DNA from: a virus | DNA length: 64,000 bases | Strand: one strand, 5' to 3' | Virus record (IMG/VR): IMGVR_UViG_3300045988_109366 | Location: 64,001 to 128,000 of that record | Part shown: positions 1 through 9,069 of the stretch, piece after piece | Position numbering within the stretch: position 1 is the first letter of the stretch | Layout of the letters: each line of letters starts with the position of its first letter | The notes under the pieces: model-generated | Told to the model about the DNA's origin: nothing | Seen by the model: the letters and a program-made list of their open reading frames with translations, nothing else | The model's database searches: none | Translations under genes and position numbers: made by a program

Positions 1-246
1 CCGGATCCCCTCGACCTCCGGTGTCAGACCGGGTGTCTCTATCAGCATCAGCAGCGATCCTCCCCTTGGCGTTATCTTCCACTTCCCATTCTTCTGAAGC
101 TCAATATAACCAGATGCTTTATAACTATCTATTTTCTCCTTTGGAATGGTGTTAGCCATCTCTTCTTTTTGCCGGATCATCAAAAGATATCCAACATCAG
201 ACATCGTTAATCCTGATGTCATCATCTGTTCAAAATTTATATACAT
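1..246 (-). CDS. hypothetical protein (N-terminal part; ORF runs off left edge)
   Basis: Manual minus-strand translation from ATG at 246..244 gives MYINFEQMMTSGLTMSDVGYLLMIRQKEEMANTIPKEK..., open to position 1. Absent from the ORF track because it is truncated. Confidence 0.45.
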   Translation of the reverse strand, partial: MYINFEQMMTSGLTMSDVGYLLMIRQKEEMANTIPKEKIDSYKASGYIELQKNGKWKITPRGGSLLMLIETPGLTPEVEGIR

Positions 247-257
247 ATGTAAATAAG

Positions 258-596
258 TTAAAATATTGACCTAATCTTTCTGGCTACCCTCTCGACTATA
301 TCGGGATGATCATTTCCGTTATATATATCTATTAGCGTATCTATTATATGTAACCTTATGTTTTTCTTTGATGAATGAAACCAAAAATCTCCATTTTTTC
401 TGTTTACAGGTTTGAATATCTTCAGTTCTGGTATAAGATAACACGCCACACATGATCTTTCAGCAAGTGATAATTCAACCGCTGTCCTTTCTATTGCTAT
501 GCATATAAACGCATAATTATCATTCTTTATTAGATTGTAAGCTCTTCTCAACACCCTAAGGGCGTCTGCTTTCGATAATCTCTTTCCCTTTTTCAT
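258..596 (-). CDS. hypothetical protein
   Basis: ORF track; co-directional and packed with neighbouring minus-strand genes; no motif recognised. Confidence 0.5.
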   Translation of the reverse strand: MKKGKRLSKADALRVLRRAYNLIKNDNYAFICIAIERTAVELSLAERSCVACYLIPELKIFKPVNRKNGDFWFHSSKKNIRLHIIDTLIDIYNGNDHPDIVERVARKIRSIF

Positions 597-1197
597 ATTG
601 TTTTACTGTATAAGATTCATTAGCCATACCAACCCTACCAACTGATATAGATTGATTTATAGATTGGTTAAGATGCCCTACAACCGACATCTTAGCCCTA
701 ACCGTATTGGCGCATCTTAGAAGGATTCGATAATCCTCTAACGCCCTCTCGTATCTTACGTCCACCCTAGCCCTTTTATCGGCGTCAGTCATGCTCTTGC
801 ATGTCCCGTCCTCCCTCAAACTTATAGCTATCTTATCCCGTATGATCCTGATATCATCCTCGGCTATCACCAGCTCGGCGTCAAGAACGCCCTTGTAAGA
901 GCTAAGAAGATCCTCTACCGCCACTACCTCCCGCTTCAAGTTCTCCAATTCCAATACCATTGAGTTATCGTTCATTCTTTTATACTCCTGTACTTTATTG
1001 GATACCTCATCACAGATGCTCATGATCTCCTTCTCCCTGTCCCGGTTTATGATATACCTGATACTGTATTCGGCCATTTCCTTTAATGAGGATATGATCT
1101 CTCGTATGCCCATCTTGTTTTCGGTGGAGAAATTGGCTTTTAATAACATCTCCATCCCTTTTATGATGACAAGCAAAAAATTTTTTCTCAATCTCAT
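556..1197 (-). CDS. hypothetical protein (charged, helical-looking)
   Basis: ORF track; starts 3 nt after the stop of the upstream helicase gene; no motif recognised. Confidence 0.5.
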   Translation of the reverse strand: MRLRKNFLLVIIKGMEMLLKANFSTENKMGIREIISSLKEMAEYSIRYIINRDREKEIMSICDEVSNKVQEYKRMNDNSMVLELENLKREVVAVEDLLSSYKGVLDAELVIAEDDIRIIRDKIAISLREDGTCKSMTDADKRARVDVRYERALEDYRILLRCANTVRAKMSVVGHLNQSINQSISVGRVGMANESYTVKQYEKGKEIIESRRP

Positions 1198-1199
1198 GC

Positions 1200-2342
1200 T
1201 TAATAAGGTGTTTCGTCATGTACTACATTGAAATCATCACTGGGCGGTATATATTGTTGCTCCAACGGGATACTGGGAGGCGGGGGCGGTAGCGTCACCA
1301 CAGTCGTGTCCGGCTTGCCGCTACCCACTGGGGCGTCCGAGCCTCCCGGTCTTTCTTGGCGCACCACCCCTCCATCAGGATAATATCGCTCATATCCTTT
1401 CATGATATCTACATGTATAGCGTCAATCTCCTCCAATGATCTTTGACGGACCTTTACGATATGATGGAACAATAACCCATCCACACGGAAGGATCGTCTT
1501 GACTCGCTCTTGAAACGTTCCAGATTAGGATACCATCCTTGCGGAAATTGCATGTATGAGGAGTACCCGTATCTTTTCGGTATATTTAACGCTACCATAG
1601 CCGTACATAACTGTCCCAATGTATCTGATTGATAAAAATCAGATTGCTTTGGCATATGATCCTTTGGATCCCGCCGTCCTTCGATATCACGATTGAGTTG
1701 GGATATTATAAGAAAGAAAATATTAGGAAAAGTTCTTTTAGCGATATTACACATGGTTATCAACGAGTCGATATTTCTTTTGGCGTCTCCTGAACCTTGT
1801 ACTAGAGCCGTATGATCTATAGACACGAATACCATTTTCTTATCCTTGTTTATTGGCATATACTCATTCCATATAAAGTTTTGAAGCTCATCTACGGTTG
1901 ATGGTTTAGGGATGTATGTTATTCTGCTAGAGTTCTCTTCCTTGAGGCATCTCTGCATTTCTTTTACCTCATCTTCTGACATCTCGTTAAGGAGTATATC
2001 TTGTATGTCTTTCCCCATTTTTTTTGATAGTGAACGTAACATCAAATCTTCTGGGTTCATCTCAAACTCACATCTTAACCATACATAATCATCTGCCTGT
2101 GGATTGATATTGACATTCATCACATTGCTCATGATTTTTTGCGCCAGATAAGATTTGCCAACTCCGGGTCTAGCGCCTATAGCCACCGCATGTTGTGGGT
2201 AGAACCCGCCCAGTAACGCCTTGTCAAGATAAGCGTATCCAGTACGAGCCGGGAGAAGCTCTCCCGACTGATACTTTCTTATCCTCTCATAGGCATCCAT
2301 GATAATCTCCTTGGATGACCTCCATATCCTATCCTCACTCAT
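1200..2342 (-). CDS. DnaB-family replicative helicase (RecA-like C-terminal domain) with Pro/Gly-rich tail
   Basis: Walker A GARPGVGKSYLA, Walker B-like VFVSIDHTALV, DnaB-type IISQLNRDIEGR. The C-terminal tail RPGGSDAPVGSGKPDTTVVTLPPPPPS is encoded by a GC-rich segment. Confidence 0.8.
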   Translation of the reverse strand: MSEDRIWRSSKEIIMDAYERIRKYQSGELLPARTGYAYLDKALLGGFYPQHAVAIGARPGVGKSYLAQKIMSNVMNVNINPQADDYVWLRCEFEMNPEDLMLRSLSKKMGKDIQDILLNEMSEDEVKEMQRCLKEENSSRITYIPKPSTVDELQNFIWNEYMPINKDKKMVFVSIDHTALVQGSGDAKRNIDSLITMCNIAKRTFPNIFFLIISQLNRDIEGRRDPKDHMPKQSDFYQSDTLGQLCTAMVALNIPKRYGYSSYMQFPQGWYPNLERFKSESRRSFRVDGLLFHHIVKVRQRSLEEIDAIHVDIMKGYERYYPDGGVVRQERPGGSDAPVGSGKPDTTVVTLPPPPPSIPLEQQYIPPSDDFNVVHDETPY

Positions 2343-2635
2343 CCTCGTGCGTTTCTATCGCCAGCCGTATCGGATTTAGATCCTCTGTTAGCTGATCTTG
2401 ATTTATATCTTAATCCCTTAGCCGTATGGCATAGATCCTTCCCCTTCCGATAAGCCTTACCCTTCAGCTTATCGGTCTTGTAATTCTTACGACCCAACTC
2501 CCGTCTCTTGGCTTTCTGCTCAGGTCTGGCGTTGATCTTCTTGTCCGTCTCAGCCTTCTTTCTTCTGGCCTCCGGATGTGTCCTATAATATTCAGTCGAT
2601 TTCCCCATCCTCTTCGTCCTCCTCATCATAATCAT
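2339..2635 (-). CDS. small highly basic protein
   Basis: ORF track; Lys/Arg-rich; 4-nt overlap with helicase gene start. Confidence 0.45.
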   Translation of the reverse strand: MIMMRRTKRMGKSTEYYRTHPEARRKKAETDKKINARPEQKAKRRELGRKNYKTDKLKGKAYRKGKDLCHTAKGLRYKSRSANRGSKSDTAGDRNARG

Positions 2636-2900
2636 AATTCTCTACGATAATATCCTCTCCATCCAGATACGAGGCTTTATCCCCGAGTCTATCTCTCATG
2701 CTCTTATAAGGATCGTCTCCATCCTTTATCTCCCACACACATAAGTGCGGACCTATTATATCAATCAGCATATTAGCCTTATCCTCGCTTATGCCTTTTT
2801 CTATCATCTTATCTCTGCATTTGTAAAAACCACATGTCTTGTTAAATACTGATCCTCCTACATAATATCCAGTAGGCTTATGAATAAAAATTACTTTCAT
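2592..2900 (-). CDS. hypothetical protein with acidic C-terminus
   Basis: ORF track; packed in operon. Confidence 0.5.
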   Translation of the reverse strand: MKVIFIHKPTGYYVGGSVFNKTCGFYKCRDKMIEKGISEDKANMLIDIIGPHLCVWEIKDGDDPYKSMRDRLGDKASYLDGEDIIVENYDYDEEDEEDGEID

Positions 2901-2930
2901 CTTTTATACAATTAATATTATCTATCAAAT

Positions 2931-3488
2931 TTATTTATCTTCCTTTATACAGTCTCCATAACTCATATCCATATCACACACCACCGTATCGGTCGTGTCG
3001 TTTACCACATGGAACAGGAACTCCGGACATCCGTGGCAGGCGTTGCTCCCGATCGCCACCGCTCCGTGCCTAGGGCAAGCCTTCTTTACCATGGTTCTAT
3101 CATATATCCGTATATGATTATCGCCATACTTTTCAATATATCTCATGGTATTAAGCAGTGATGGCAAAGACATCTTATATGGGGATACATGTTCTATTGG
3201 TATATCCAATTCACCAGATAGGCTTTTGTAAATATCCTGCACATCCCGTTTTGTTCTATACGCAAATATATTAATCTCAGTCATTGCCATATCCATACTC
3301 CTAAGAAGATCCGGCTTAGCCAGCCTCCCCATCGGCTTCCCAAAAGGATCGGATCTCATCCAAGCCCCACACTTCTCGCACCCAACTTGCTTCCCCTCTA
3401 CCGTATTTATCATAGTGGATGGGTTCTTGCAATACGGGCATACGGATCCGTTTAACATAGCTTTCTGGGCTAAAGACAGTTCTTTCAT
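2931..3488 (-). CDS. zinc-ribbon protein (DUF3268-like N-terminus)
   Basis: CPYCKNP..17..CEKCGAW followed by GKPMGRLAKPDLLR resembles the zinc-finger DUF3268 pattern as I recall it; second Cys/His cluster CPRHG..CHGCPEF. Confidence 0.45.
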   Translation of the reverse strand: MKELSLAQKAMLNGSVCPYCKNPSTMINTVEGKQVGCEKCGAWMRSDPFGKPMGRLAKPDLLRSMDMAMTEINIFAYRTKRDVQDIYKSLSGELDIPIEHVSPYKMSLPSLLNTMRYIEKYGDNHIRIYDRTMVKKACPRHGAVAIGSNACHGCPEFLFHVVNDTTDTVVCDMDMSYGDCIKEDK

Positions 3489-3772
3489 ACCTTTTCTTCT
3501 ATCTCAACATTAAATAGATTGCAGAATCTATCAAAATTTCTGTTCTCTATTCTCATATCCTCCTCATACCTGTCAACCGATTTGATGAAATCATTATAAC
3601 AGTCCTCGCACATCCATTGATTGATTACCGCTACATAATAGCCCACGGACGTAGGTCTGTTACACATATCGCAAATACCTAAGCACCCATATCTGGTGAG
3701 CTTATCCATCATCTCCTGTCTTGTTATTTCAAGCACCTTGAATTTCTTGTAATTGTTAACTACCTTTGCCAT
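3485..3772 (-). CDS. hypothetical Cys-rich protein
   Basis: ORF track; CLGICDMCNR..CEDC cluster; overlapping start/stop with neighbours. Confidence 0.5.
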   Translation of the reverse strand: MAKVVNNYKKFKVLEITRQEMMDKLTRYGCLGICDMCNRPTSVGYYVAVINQWMCEDCYNDFIKSVDRYEEDMRIENRNFDRFCNLFNVEIEEKV

Positions 3773-4712
3773 TGTAAATTTGTTTAATAATAAAATAATC
3801 CGCTATATCCATTCCCTCATTTATATTGGGTTTTGATTCTAGAAAATTACTTATCTCTATATTCATCCCCCTCATATCCTTGTCTACCTTCTTTCTCCAT
3901 TCGTTGAAAGCGTCGCCTTTATCAGGGTACAGGACTATCCGCCTCCTACCCAATGTCTCTATCATCTCCCTCTTCAACATATGGATACCGCCACAGGCCA
4001 TAAACAACCTACTAGGGTACACAATATTGCAGATAACAGCCGTCTTCTCTGACTCTACTATATACACCGGAGCGTCATTGGGATAGAAGTTGATAAGAAA
4101 CTCCCCGAACAGGCATTGCCTAAGCAGGTAATCCTGACCGTCCAGTATATGCACCCAACATACATGATCCATGGGAACCTTTACCCTCTTCCCGTCAGGC
4201 CCGTAGTCCATTATCTTCCCGGTCCGCACTACCCAATTCTTATCCAGTTGCCAGAACACACAGCACTTACCCCAGTCCCCTAATCTCATCATCCCCACCT
4301 TATACAAGCTAAATGCCCTATTGGTATGATACGACCCGAAGATATTGGATAGATAATCCTGAAGATCGGATGTCTCGAAAGGATTAAGCGTCTCAAACAT
4401 CTTGCTTACCGGAATGCAGTTGGCTATATCCGGATCCATAGGAGGTCTGTACCTCCTTAATACTTTGTTTGAATCGGTAAAAAGATCATTGTTCCCAAGT
4501 TCGCTCCCTGTTGGATATTTAAAGTAACCACATTTATTTTTATGATCACACATCCCAAACTGCTCTCCAACGATCTGACCGGTGGTTACGTCCACGTACG
4601 GCGTAAAACACTTATCCTTGCCGCATTGCGGGCACGTCAGCTTCCTTCTTGGCTTGCTATGATCCAGCTCATACCGATGAACGCTCTTATTGAACTCCCT
4701 AAATTCCATCAT
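3756..4712 (-). CDS. DNA primase (zinc finger + Toprim-like domain)
   Basis: N-terminal CPQCGKDKC...CDHKNKCGY zinc ribbon; Toprim-like YIVESEKTAVI (conserved Glu) and VLYPDKGD; adjacent to helicase module. Confidence 0.6.
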   Translation of the reverse strand: MMEFREFNKSVHRYELDHSKPRRKLTCPQCGKDKCFTPYVDVTTGQIVGEQFGMCDHKNKCGYFKYPTGSELGNNDLFTDSNKVLRRYRPPMDPDIANCIPVSKMFETLNPFETSDLQDYLSNIFGSYHTNRAFSLYKVGMMRLGDWGKCCVFWQLDKNWVVRTGKIMDYGPDGKRVKVPMDHVCWVHILDGQDYLLRQCLFGEFLINFYPNDAPVYIVESEKTAVICNIVYPSRLFMACGGIHMLKREMIETLGRRRIVLYPDKGDAFNEWRKKVDKDMRGMNIEISNFLESKPNINEGMDIADYFIIKQIYNGKGS

Positions 4713-6154
4713 CCTCTCCTCTCACTCATCACTCTATATATATAATCTCTCAGCGACTCTTTTCTTATCAAACCATTCAACTCAAAATCACCCTCTATAT
4801 CTAAAGACCCGATCCTTGACGTAACCGTATAATTGGTTTTCTCAAACTTATACTTACCTTGAAGATATACAACCGTAGCCATATTAAGTATAGGATTATC
4901 GGTTTGTCTCTTCAACTTATATTGACTTGTCTTAGCGGTAGGATCACCCGGAGCGAAGTTGTATATCTCCTCTATCTCCAATATCTTTCCGTAGTTCTCC
5001 AGTATCATTCTTCTATATAGCTCAAGTTGGAAAGCATACTCGTCATAGAAATTGCCTTTCCTGTTTGATTTGAAGTCCAATATAGCGAATATCCTCCTGC
5101 ATCTCTTTATCTTCTTTTTCTCCGTCTTAGGCTGACCTTTCTCGGCTCCCACCTTATAAAGCTCTCCTGTCTCGACCTCTATCTCCACCATCTCCGGCTC
5201 GCTATCCATCTCCACCACGGCGTCCACCGAAGAAGCTACCTTCAATCTGCTTGACCTCAACATCTTCTCGATCAATACAGGTTTTACATGTCTTTCCTTG
5301 CAGAATATGGCAAATGATATTAGATCCTCTATCAGCTCATCAATGTTATCCACTAATATCCGCTCCATCCTATACTTGTCTATTCTCAGCTTAGCCTCCT
5401 TGACAGCCTTTCTTATCCACGTCGGGATCAGCTTTATCTTAACCCCGGTCAGATACAATCCAAATAGATAATGCATGATAGTACCTAAATCAGCCCTGTA
5501 GTTAGCGTACTCATCAGGATCCTTGCCCTTGAGCCTCATCTCATTCTTCCACTTCTCCAAGGCTCCGGACGTATCACAATACCCATTGGCGATATTGTTA
5601 GTGGCTCCATCGTATATGATAGGATACCCATCAACATCCATCTCATAATACACGCGTTTGCCGGCGACAGTCATTCTATATAACACAGGTGTCGGGATAT
5701 CCTTTATCCATTCAGCGGCATAATACTGTTGCTCTGTCTCCAGATCATACTCAACTTCCATCTCCTCCTTAGGCTCGTTTTTAGGCTCTTCAGCAGGCTT
5801 TTCCTCCTCATCCATATCTTTCTTTGGGATCGTTGACAAAACGTCTAATATGCCAAAGAAAGCGGTAAATTTAGGATCTGTATGATATGATCTTAATACT
5901 GGTAATGATGATCGCCAATAATATGACGACGCATTCTCGTCCTTTATCTTGCCTAAAATCTTGCCTAAAGCCGAACATCCTATCTCTCCATCATCCGCAA
6001 TAGCCACATTGTGTCTCTCGGATAAACGGACTCTCATGTCATCAAACGGCTCTTGATCGCTTATGACTTCTATGATCGTCCCATAACTATATACTGTGTC
6101 ACTTATAGCCTTATATCCTAGGTCTAAAAGTAATCTTTGTTTTCTTCTATCCAT
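4709..6154 (-). CDS. PD-(D/E)XK family nuclease (RecB/Cas4/exonuclease-like C-terminal domain)
   Basis: C-terminal half has SSVDAVVEMD ... FAILDFKSNRK (DxK) ... YAFQLELYRRM (QxxxY), the order typical of RecB-family nucleases. Confidence 0.55.
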   Translation of the reverse strand: MDRRKQRLLLDLGYKAISDTVYSYGTIIEVISDQEPFDDMRVRLSERHNVAIADDGEIGCSALGKILGKIKDENASSYYWRSSLPVLRSYHTDPKFTAFFGILDVLSTIPKKDMDEEEKPAEEPKNEPKEEMEVEYDLETEQQYYAAEWIKDIPTPVLYRMTVAGKRVYYEMDVDGYPIIYDGATNNIANGYCDTSGALEKWKNEMRLKGKDPDEYANYRADLGTIMHYLFGLYLTGVKIKLIPTWIRKAVKEAKLRIDKYRMERILVDNIDELIEDLISFAIFCKERHVKPVLIEKMLRSSRLKVASSVDAVVEMDSEPEMVEIEVETGELYKVGAEKGQPKTEKKKIKRCRRIFAILDFKSNRKGNFYDEYAFQLELYRRMILENYGKILEIEEIYNFAPGDPTAKTSQYKLKRQTDNPILNMATVVYLQGKYKFEKTNYTVTSRIGSLDIEGDFELNGLIRKESLRDYIYRVMSERRG

Positions 6155-6624
6155 GATAATAATCTGGTTTTTAATTTACCATCCTCCTCGACCCTAGGTG
6201 CGAGATCCCTCATCCTTCTGGCTGCCAACAGCCATACGTTGCCAAACTCGTCCAAGAGCCGGCTGAAATCCATCGTATCTAATAGATAATCGAATCTTGT
6301 ATGCTCATCAGCCGTCAAGTAGATAATGTTATCATTATCCTCGGCGACCGATTTATATTTCCGTTTAGGGTATAAGTGGCATATGTTGCTTACCCCCGGG
6401 CATGGTATGTATGCGCCAGTAGCAGATCTCCTTGTCATACTCAATCTAGCCACATGGGCGCCAAAGAAAACGGCTAGGCTCTTCCCCTTTGGCTTGGCCT
6501 TCACCCGTATCGCCGTCCTTCCCTTTGGCGGTAGTTCCCTAGCCCGGCACGCAGGGCACAACCCCTTGCTCCTTATGGCTACCATCCTGCCGCACCTCTC
6601 ACATGGTAACATCCTACCCTTCAT
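6124..6624 (-). CDS. zinc-binding, HNH-like nuclease candidate
   Basis: CERCG..10..CPAC at N-terminus; CHLYPKRKY ... NIIYLTADEHTRFD resembles an H-N-H arrangement. Confidence 0.4.
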   Translation of the reverse strand: MKGRMLPCERCGRMVAIRSKGLCPACRARELPPKGRTAIRVKAKPKGKSLAVFFGAHVARLSMTRRSATGAYIPCPGVSNICHLYPKRKYKSVAEDNDNIIYLTADEHTRFDYLLDTMDFSRLLDEFGNVWLLAARRMRDLAPRVEEDGKLKTRLLSWIEENKDYF

Positions 6625-6626
6625 AA

Positions 6627-7151
6627 AACAGGTTCAAAGAAACCCGCAACTGCCATAAGTTGCTGAAACGGTTGAGAGGACGTGAGAAAAGATTCGCTAC
6701 CATCGTGAATCACAGTATTAGCAAATGGCTTGTTGCGAAGGCCAAGAAAGAAAACAAGGGTATCGCTATCGAGGATCTTAAAAATATCCGATTCGGCATG
6801 AACTTCAAAAGACGAAACAAAACATTTCGAAGAAGAAGTAACTCGTGGAGTTTTTATCAGCTTCGTTCCTTTCTTGAATATAAATGCAAGATGAATGGAG
6901 TTAAGATCATTGCCGTCCCTCCGGCTTATACCTCGCAAACATGCCATGAATGCAAACATATAGGTATTCGCAATGGGAAGCGATTCCATTGTAAATATTG
7001 TGGCAATATTGCAGATGCGGACATTAACGCTGCTAGAAATATTGCTACATGGGGGTATGTAAACACCCATGAAAGATGGGAATTGTTGTCGTGTTCTATA
7101 CATGATGGTATTTCTACGTCTAAAGCCCATAAATCTTTAGTTTACGGGTAG
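6627..7151 (+). pseudogene. tnpB: 3' relic of a tnpB gene (RuvC-II, Zn finger and RuvC-III only)
   Basis: The frame is open only back to the stop at 6624-6626. IAIEDLKNI (RuvC-II), TSQTCHECKH..CKYCG Zn finger, DADINAARNI (RuvC-III). The N-terminal WED/REC domains and RuvC-I Asp are absent. Confidence 0.75.
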
Positions 7152-7152
7152 T

Positions 7153-7521
7153 TTACGCTTTTTTCTTTTTATAACTTTTATTAAACTCCATGAGGCTCAT
7201 GGCTCTATATCTCTTAAGCCTATCTATTTTGCCCTTCGTCCAATCCTGATCCTTGAAATTGATGATCGTGTCGAATATCTGAGCTAGTTCCCGGATATTA
7301 AAACTCCTGTTTTGTATCTTCTTATAGAACCCCGATCTGCTATATCCTAATTTAGAAGCTAGATAAGTTTTGTTAGACAATGTGAGGATACGATAAATCG
7401 TACCCTCCATCTTGCTTATCTCCATCAACTTCTCGGCGACGGATGATGTGGTCTCATAGCTAGCTTTATTGCTTACTATTCTCATGTTTCTCCGGATTCC
7501 TGATCTTACCATCAAACTCAT
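7153..7521 (-). CDS. putative HTH DNA-binding protein
   Basis: SNKTYLASKLGYSRSGFYKKIQN looks like a helix-turn-helix; ORF track. Confidence 0.45.
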   Translation of the reverse strand: MSLMVRSGIRRNMRIVSNKASYETTSSVAEKLMEISKMEGTIYRILTLSNKTYLASKLGYSRSGFYKKIQNRSFNIRELAQIFDTIINFKDQDWTKGKIDRLKRYRAMSLMEFNKSYKKKKA

Positions 7522-7930
7522 AGAAGTCCATCAGTTTCTTCTCTTCCTTGATACAAGTGACAACGAAATCTGATATGGTTCCTTTCATGCCTTCCTCGAA
7601 ATTCTTTTTGGCATGATCAAGGTCATTGGCCCGAACGATGTAGTTAAACGCCTTGCGTTTCTCATTCCCCGATTTCTCGTCTATCGTAATATAATCAGCC
7701 GTGACCTTATAGAACCGGTCTCCATCCATGGCGAATAATTCCGCTATCCGGAATCGTTTGATATCAACACTAAACTCACCGGAGATGAATGGTCTCATTT
7801 CCTCTATGATTCTAGCCTCACATTCGGTATAAGAAAGGGCATCTACTAAATACTCTTCCTTTACCTTCTTCTTCATGCCATTCTCGGCATCGGTCTCATA
7901 AGAAACCGTACATTTAAACCAATTGTGCAT
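7466..7930 (-). CDS. DUF4494-like protein
   Basis: N-terminus WFKCTVSYETDAENGMKKKVKEEYLVDALSYTECEARIIEEMRPFISGEF matches my recollection of the Bacteroidota DUF4494 family. Confidence 0.55.
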   Translation of the reverse strand: MHNWFKCTVSYETDAENGMKKKVKEEYLVDALSYTECEARIIEEMRPFISGEFSVDIKRFRIAELFAMDGDRFYKVTADYITIDEKSGNEKRKAFNYIVRANDLDHAKKNFEEGMKGTISDFVVTCIKEEKKLMDFYEFDGKIRNPEKHENSKQ

Positions 7931-7934
7931 CTTA

Positions 7935-8618
7935 TTAATCTATGTTGTTGTTAAACAATGGGTAATCCTTTATCCCTTCACGAATATATCTTTCCGTATC
8001 ATCATCCACGTCATAAGCTTTCTTAAAAAACGTCATAGCCGTATTCGTATCATGATCCACCAACGGAAGATATTCCTTTACAAAAAGGAATCTAAGATGA
8101 TTCATATGATCAATCTTATTTCTTACATCGATTACCTTCGACCAGATCTCGGCATGGATTTCACTCATTCTTTTTATATCCTTCTTGTATTTATCTACCT
8201 GATCTTTATACTCCTCCTCAATCTTATTATTCTTGTCCTTTATAGATTTGTAGGACTCCTCATCTTTCGTATCAAACATTGGAATATGTTTGATATTGAT
8301 TATATCCAACTTATTATATATCTTCTCATTGGATATAGTGAAATCGTATGTAGTCTTGTATAAATCAAACTTACTTAAGAACTTAGCTATTTTAATAGCA
8401 TCATCCTGATTAAAAACAGCTATGCTCAATCCTTCTAAAAGGTAGAAGAAATTAGATGGAGAAATAGGTTTATAGTCGTATGTCTTCATAACTGGAGGTT
8501 CGTCCACAAACCTAACACCCTCCTTAGCGCATCTTGTTATGATCAATCTATCTATCTGCTCGTCAGTAAGATCATATATCTCCTGATCGGTCATCTCATT
8601 AATTGTCTTCATCGTCAT
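7935..8618 (-). CDS. hypothetical protein
   Basis: ORF track; packed in operon. Confidence 0.55.
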   Translation of the reverse strand: MTMKTINEMTDQEIYDLTDEQIDRLIITRCAKEGVRFVDEPPVMKTYDYKPISPSNFFYLLEGLSIAVFNQDDAIKIAKFLSKFDLYKTTYDFTISNEKIYNKLDIINIKHIPMFDTKDEESYKSIKDKNNKIEEEYKDQVDKYKKDIKRMSEIHAEIWSKVIDVRNKIDHMNHLRFLFVKEYLPLVDHDTNTAMTFFKKAYDVDDDTERYIREGIKDYPLFNNNID

Positions 8619-8877
8619 CCTTCTCCATCATTATAGCCTTTACCGCCTTTTGTTTATAAACCTCACTCATAAGGCAGGTAAAATCCATATCATCCATACC
8701 AGCCATAACATTGGCTTCTACTTCCAAATTCATCTCAATGTCCATTACCGAGACTTCATAGTTACTATCATCTTCTTTATAGAAAATGACTTTGCCACCA
8801 TACTCGAAACCATCATCTTCGGTCTTAACCATATCGATGATCTTCTCCAATTTCTTTACAAACTCACTCTTTTTCAT
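8599..8877 (-). CDS. hypothetical acidic protein
   Basis: ORF track. Confidence 0.5.
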   Translation of the reverse strand: MKKSEFVKKLEKIIDMVKTEDDGFEYGGKVIFYKEDDSNYEVSVMDIEMNLEVEANVMAGMDDMDFTCLMSEVYKQKAVKAIMMEKDDDEDN

Positions 8878-9069
8878 ATATGCAATTTTTATGTGTCTAC
8901 AAAAGTAGACATTTTGTTTTTGAATTAAATTAAATAAACATTATTAATAGTTAATACCATCCTTTCTTCTATCATTCATATTTATTCTTTTAAGTAATTA
9001 TATACAACCTTACACTACAAACATACTGAATTATTTTTATATATAAATAATAATCCATATATTCGTGCC

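Noticed and set aside
6461-6528. CCAAAGAAAACGG...CCCCTTTGG and ...CCTTCCCTTTGG inside ORF 6124..6624 as further GC-rich element copies
   Set aside because: There is no GC-rich core. The sequence simply encodes basic PKGK/PPKGR motifs, so the resemblance to the element termini may be coincidental.
6621-7130. 169-aa minus-strand ORF
   Set aside because: It lies fully antisense to the tnpB relic, whose RuvC and Zn-finger motifs identify the real coding strand.
7139-7158. 9-nt direct repeat TAGTTTACG x2 as a target duplication of the tnpB relic
   Set aside because: Both copies lie at the same (right) end of the relic rather than flanking it, and the repeat is too short to interpret. It is only mentioned in the relic finding.
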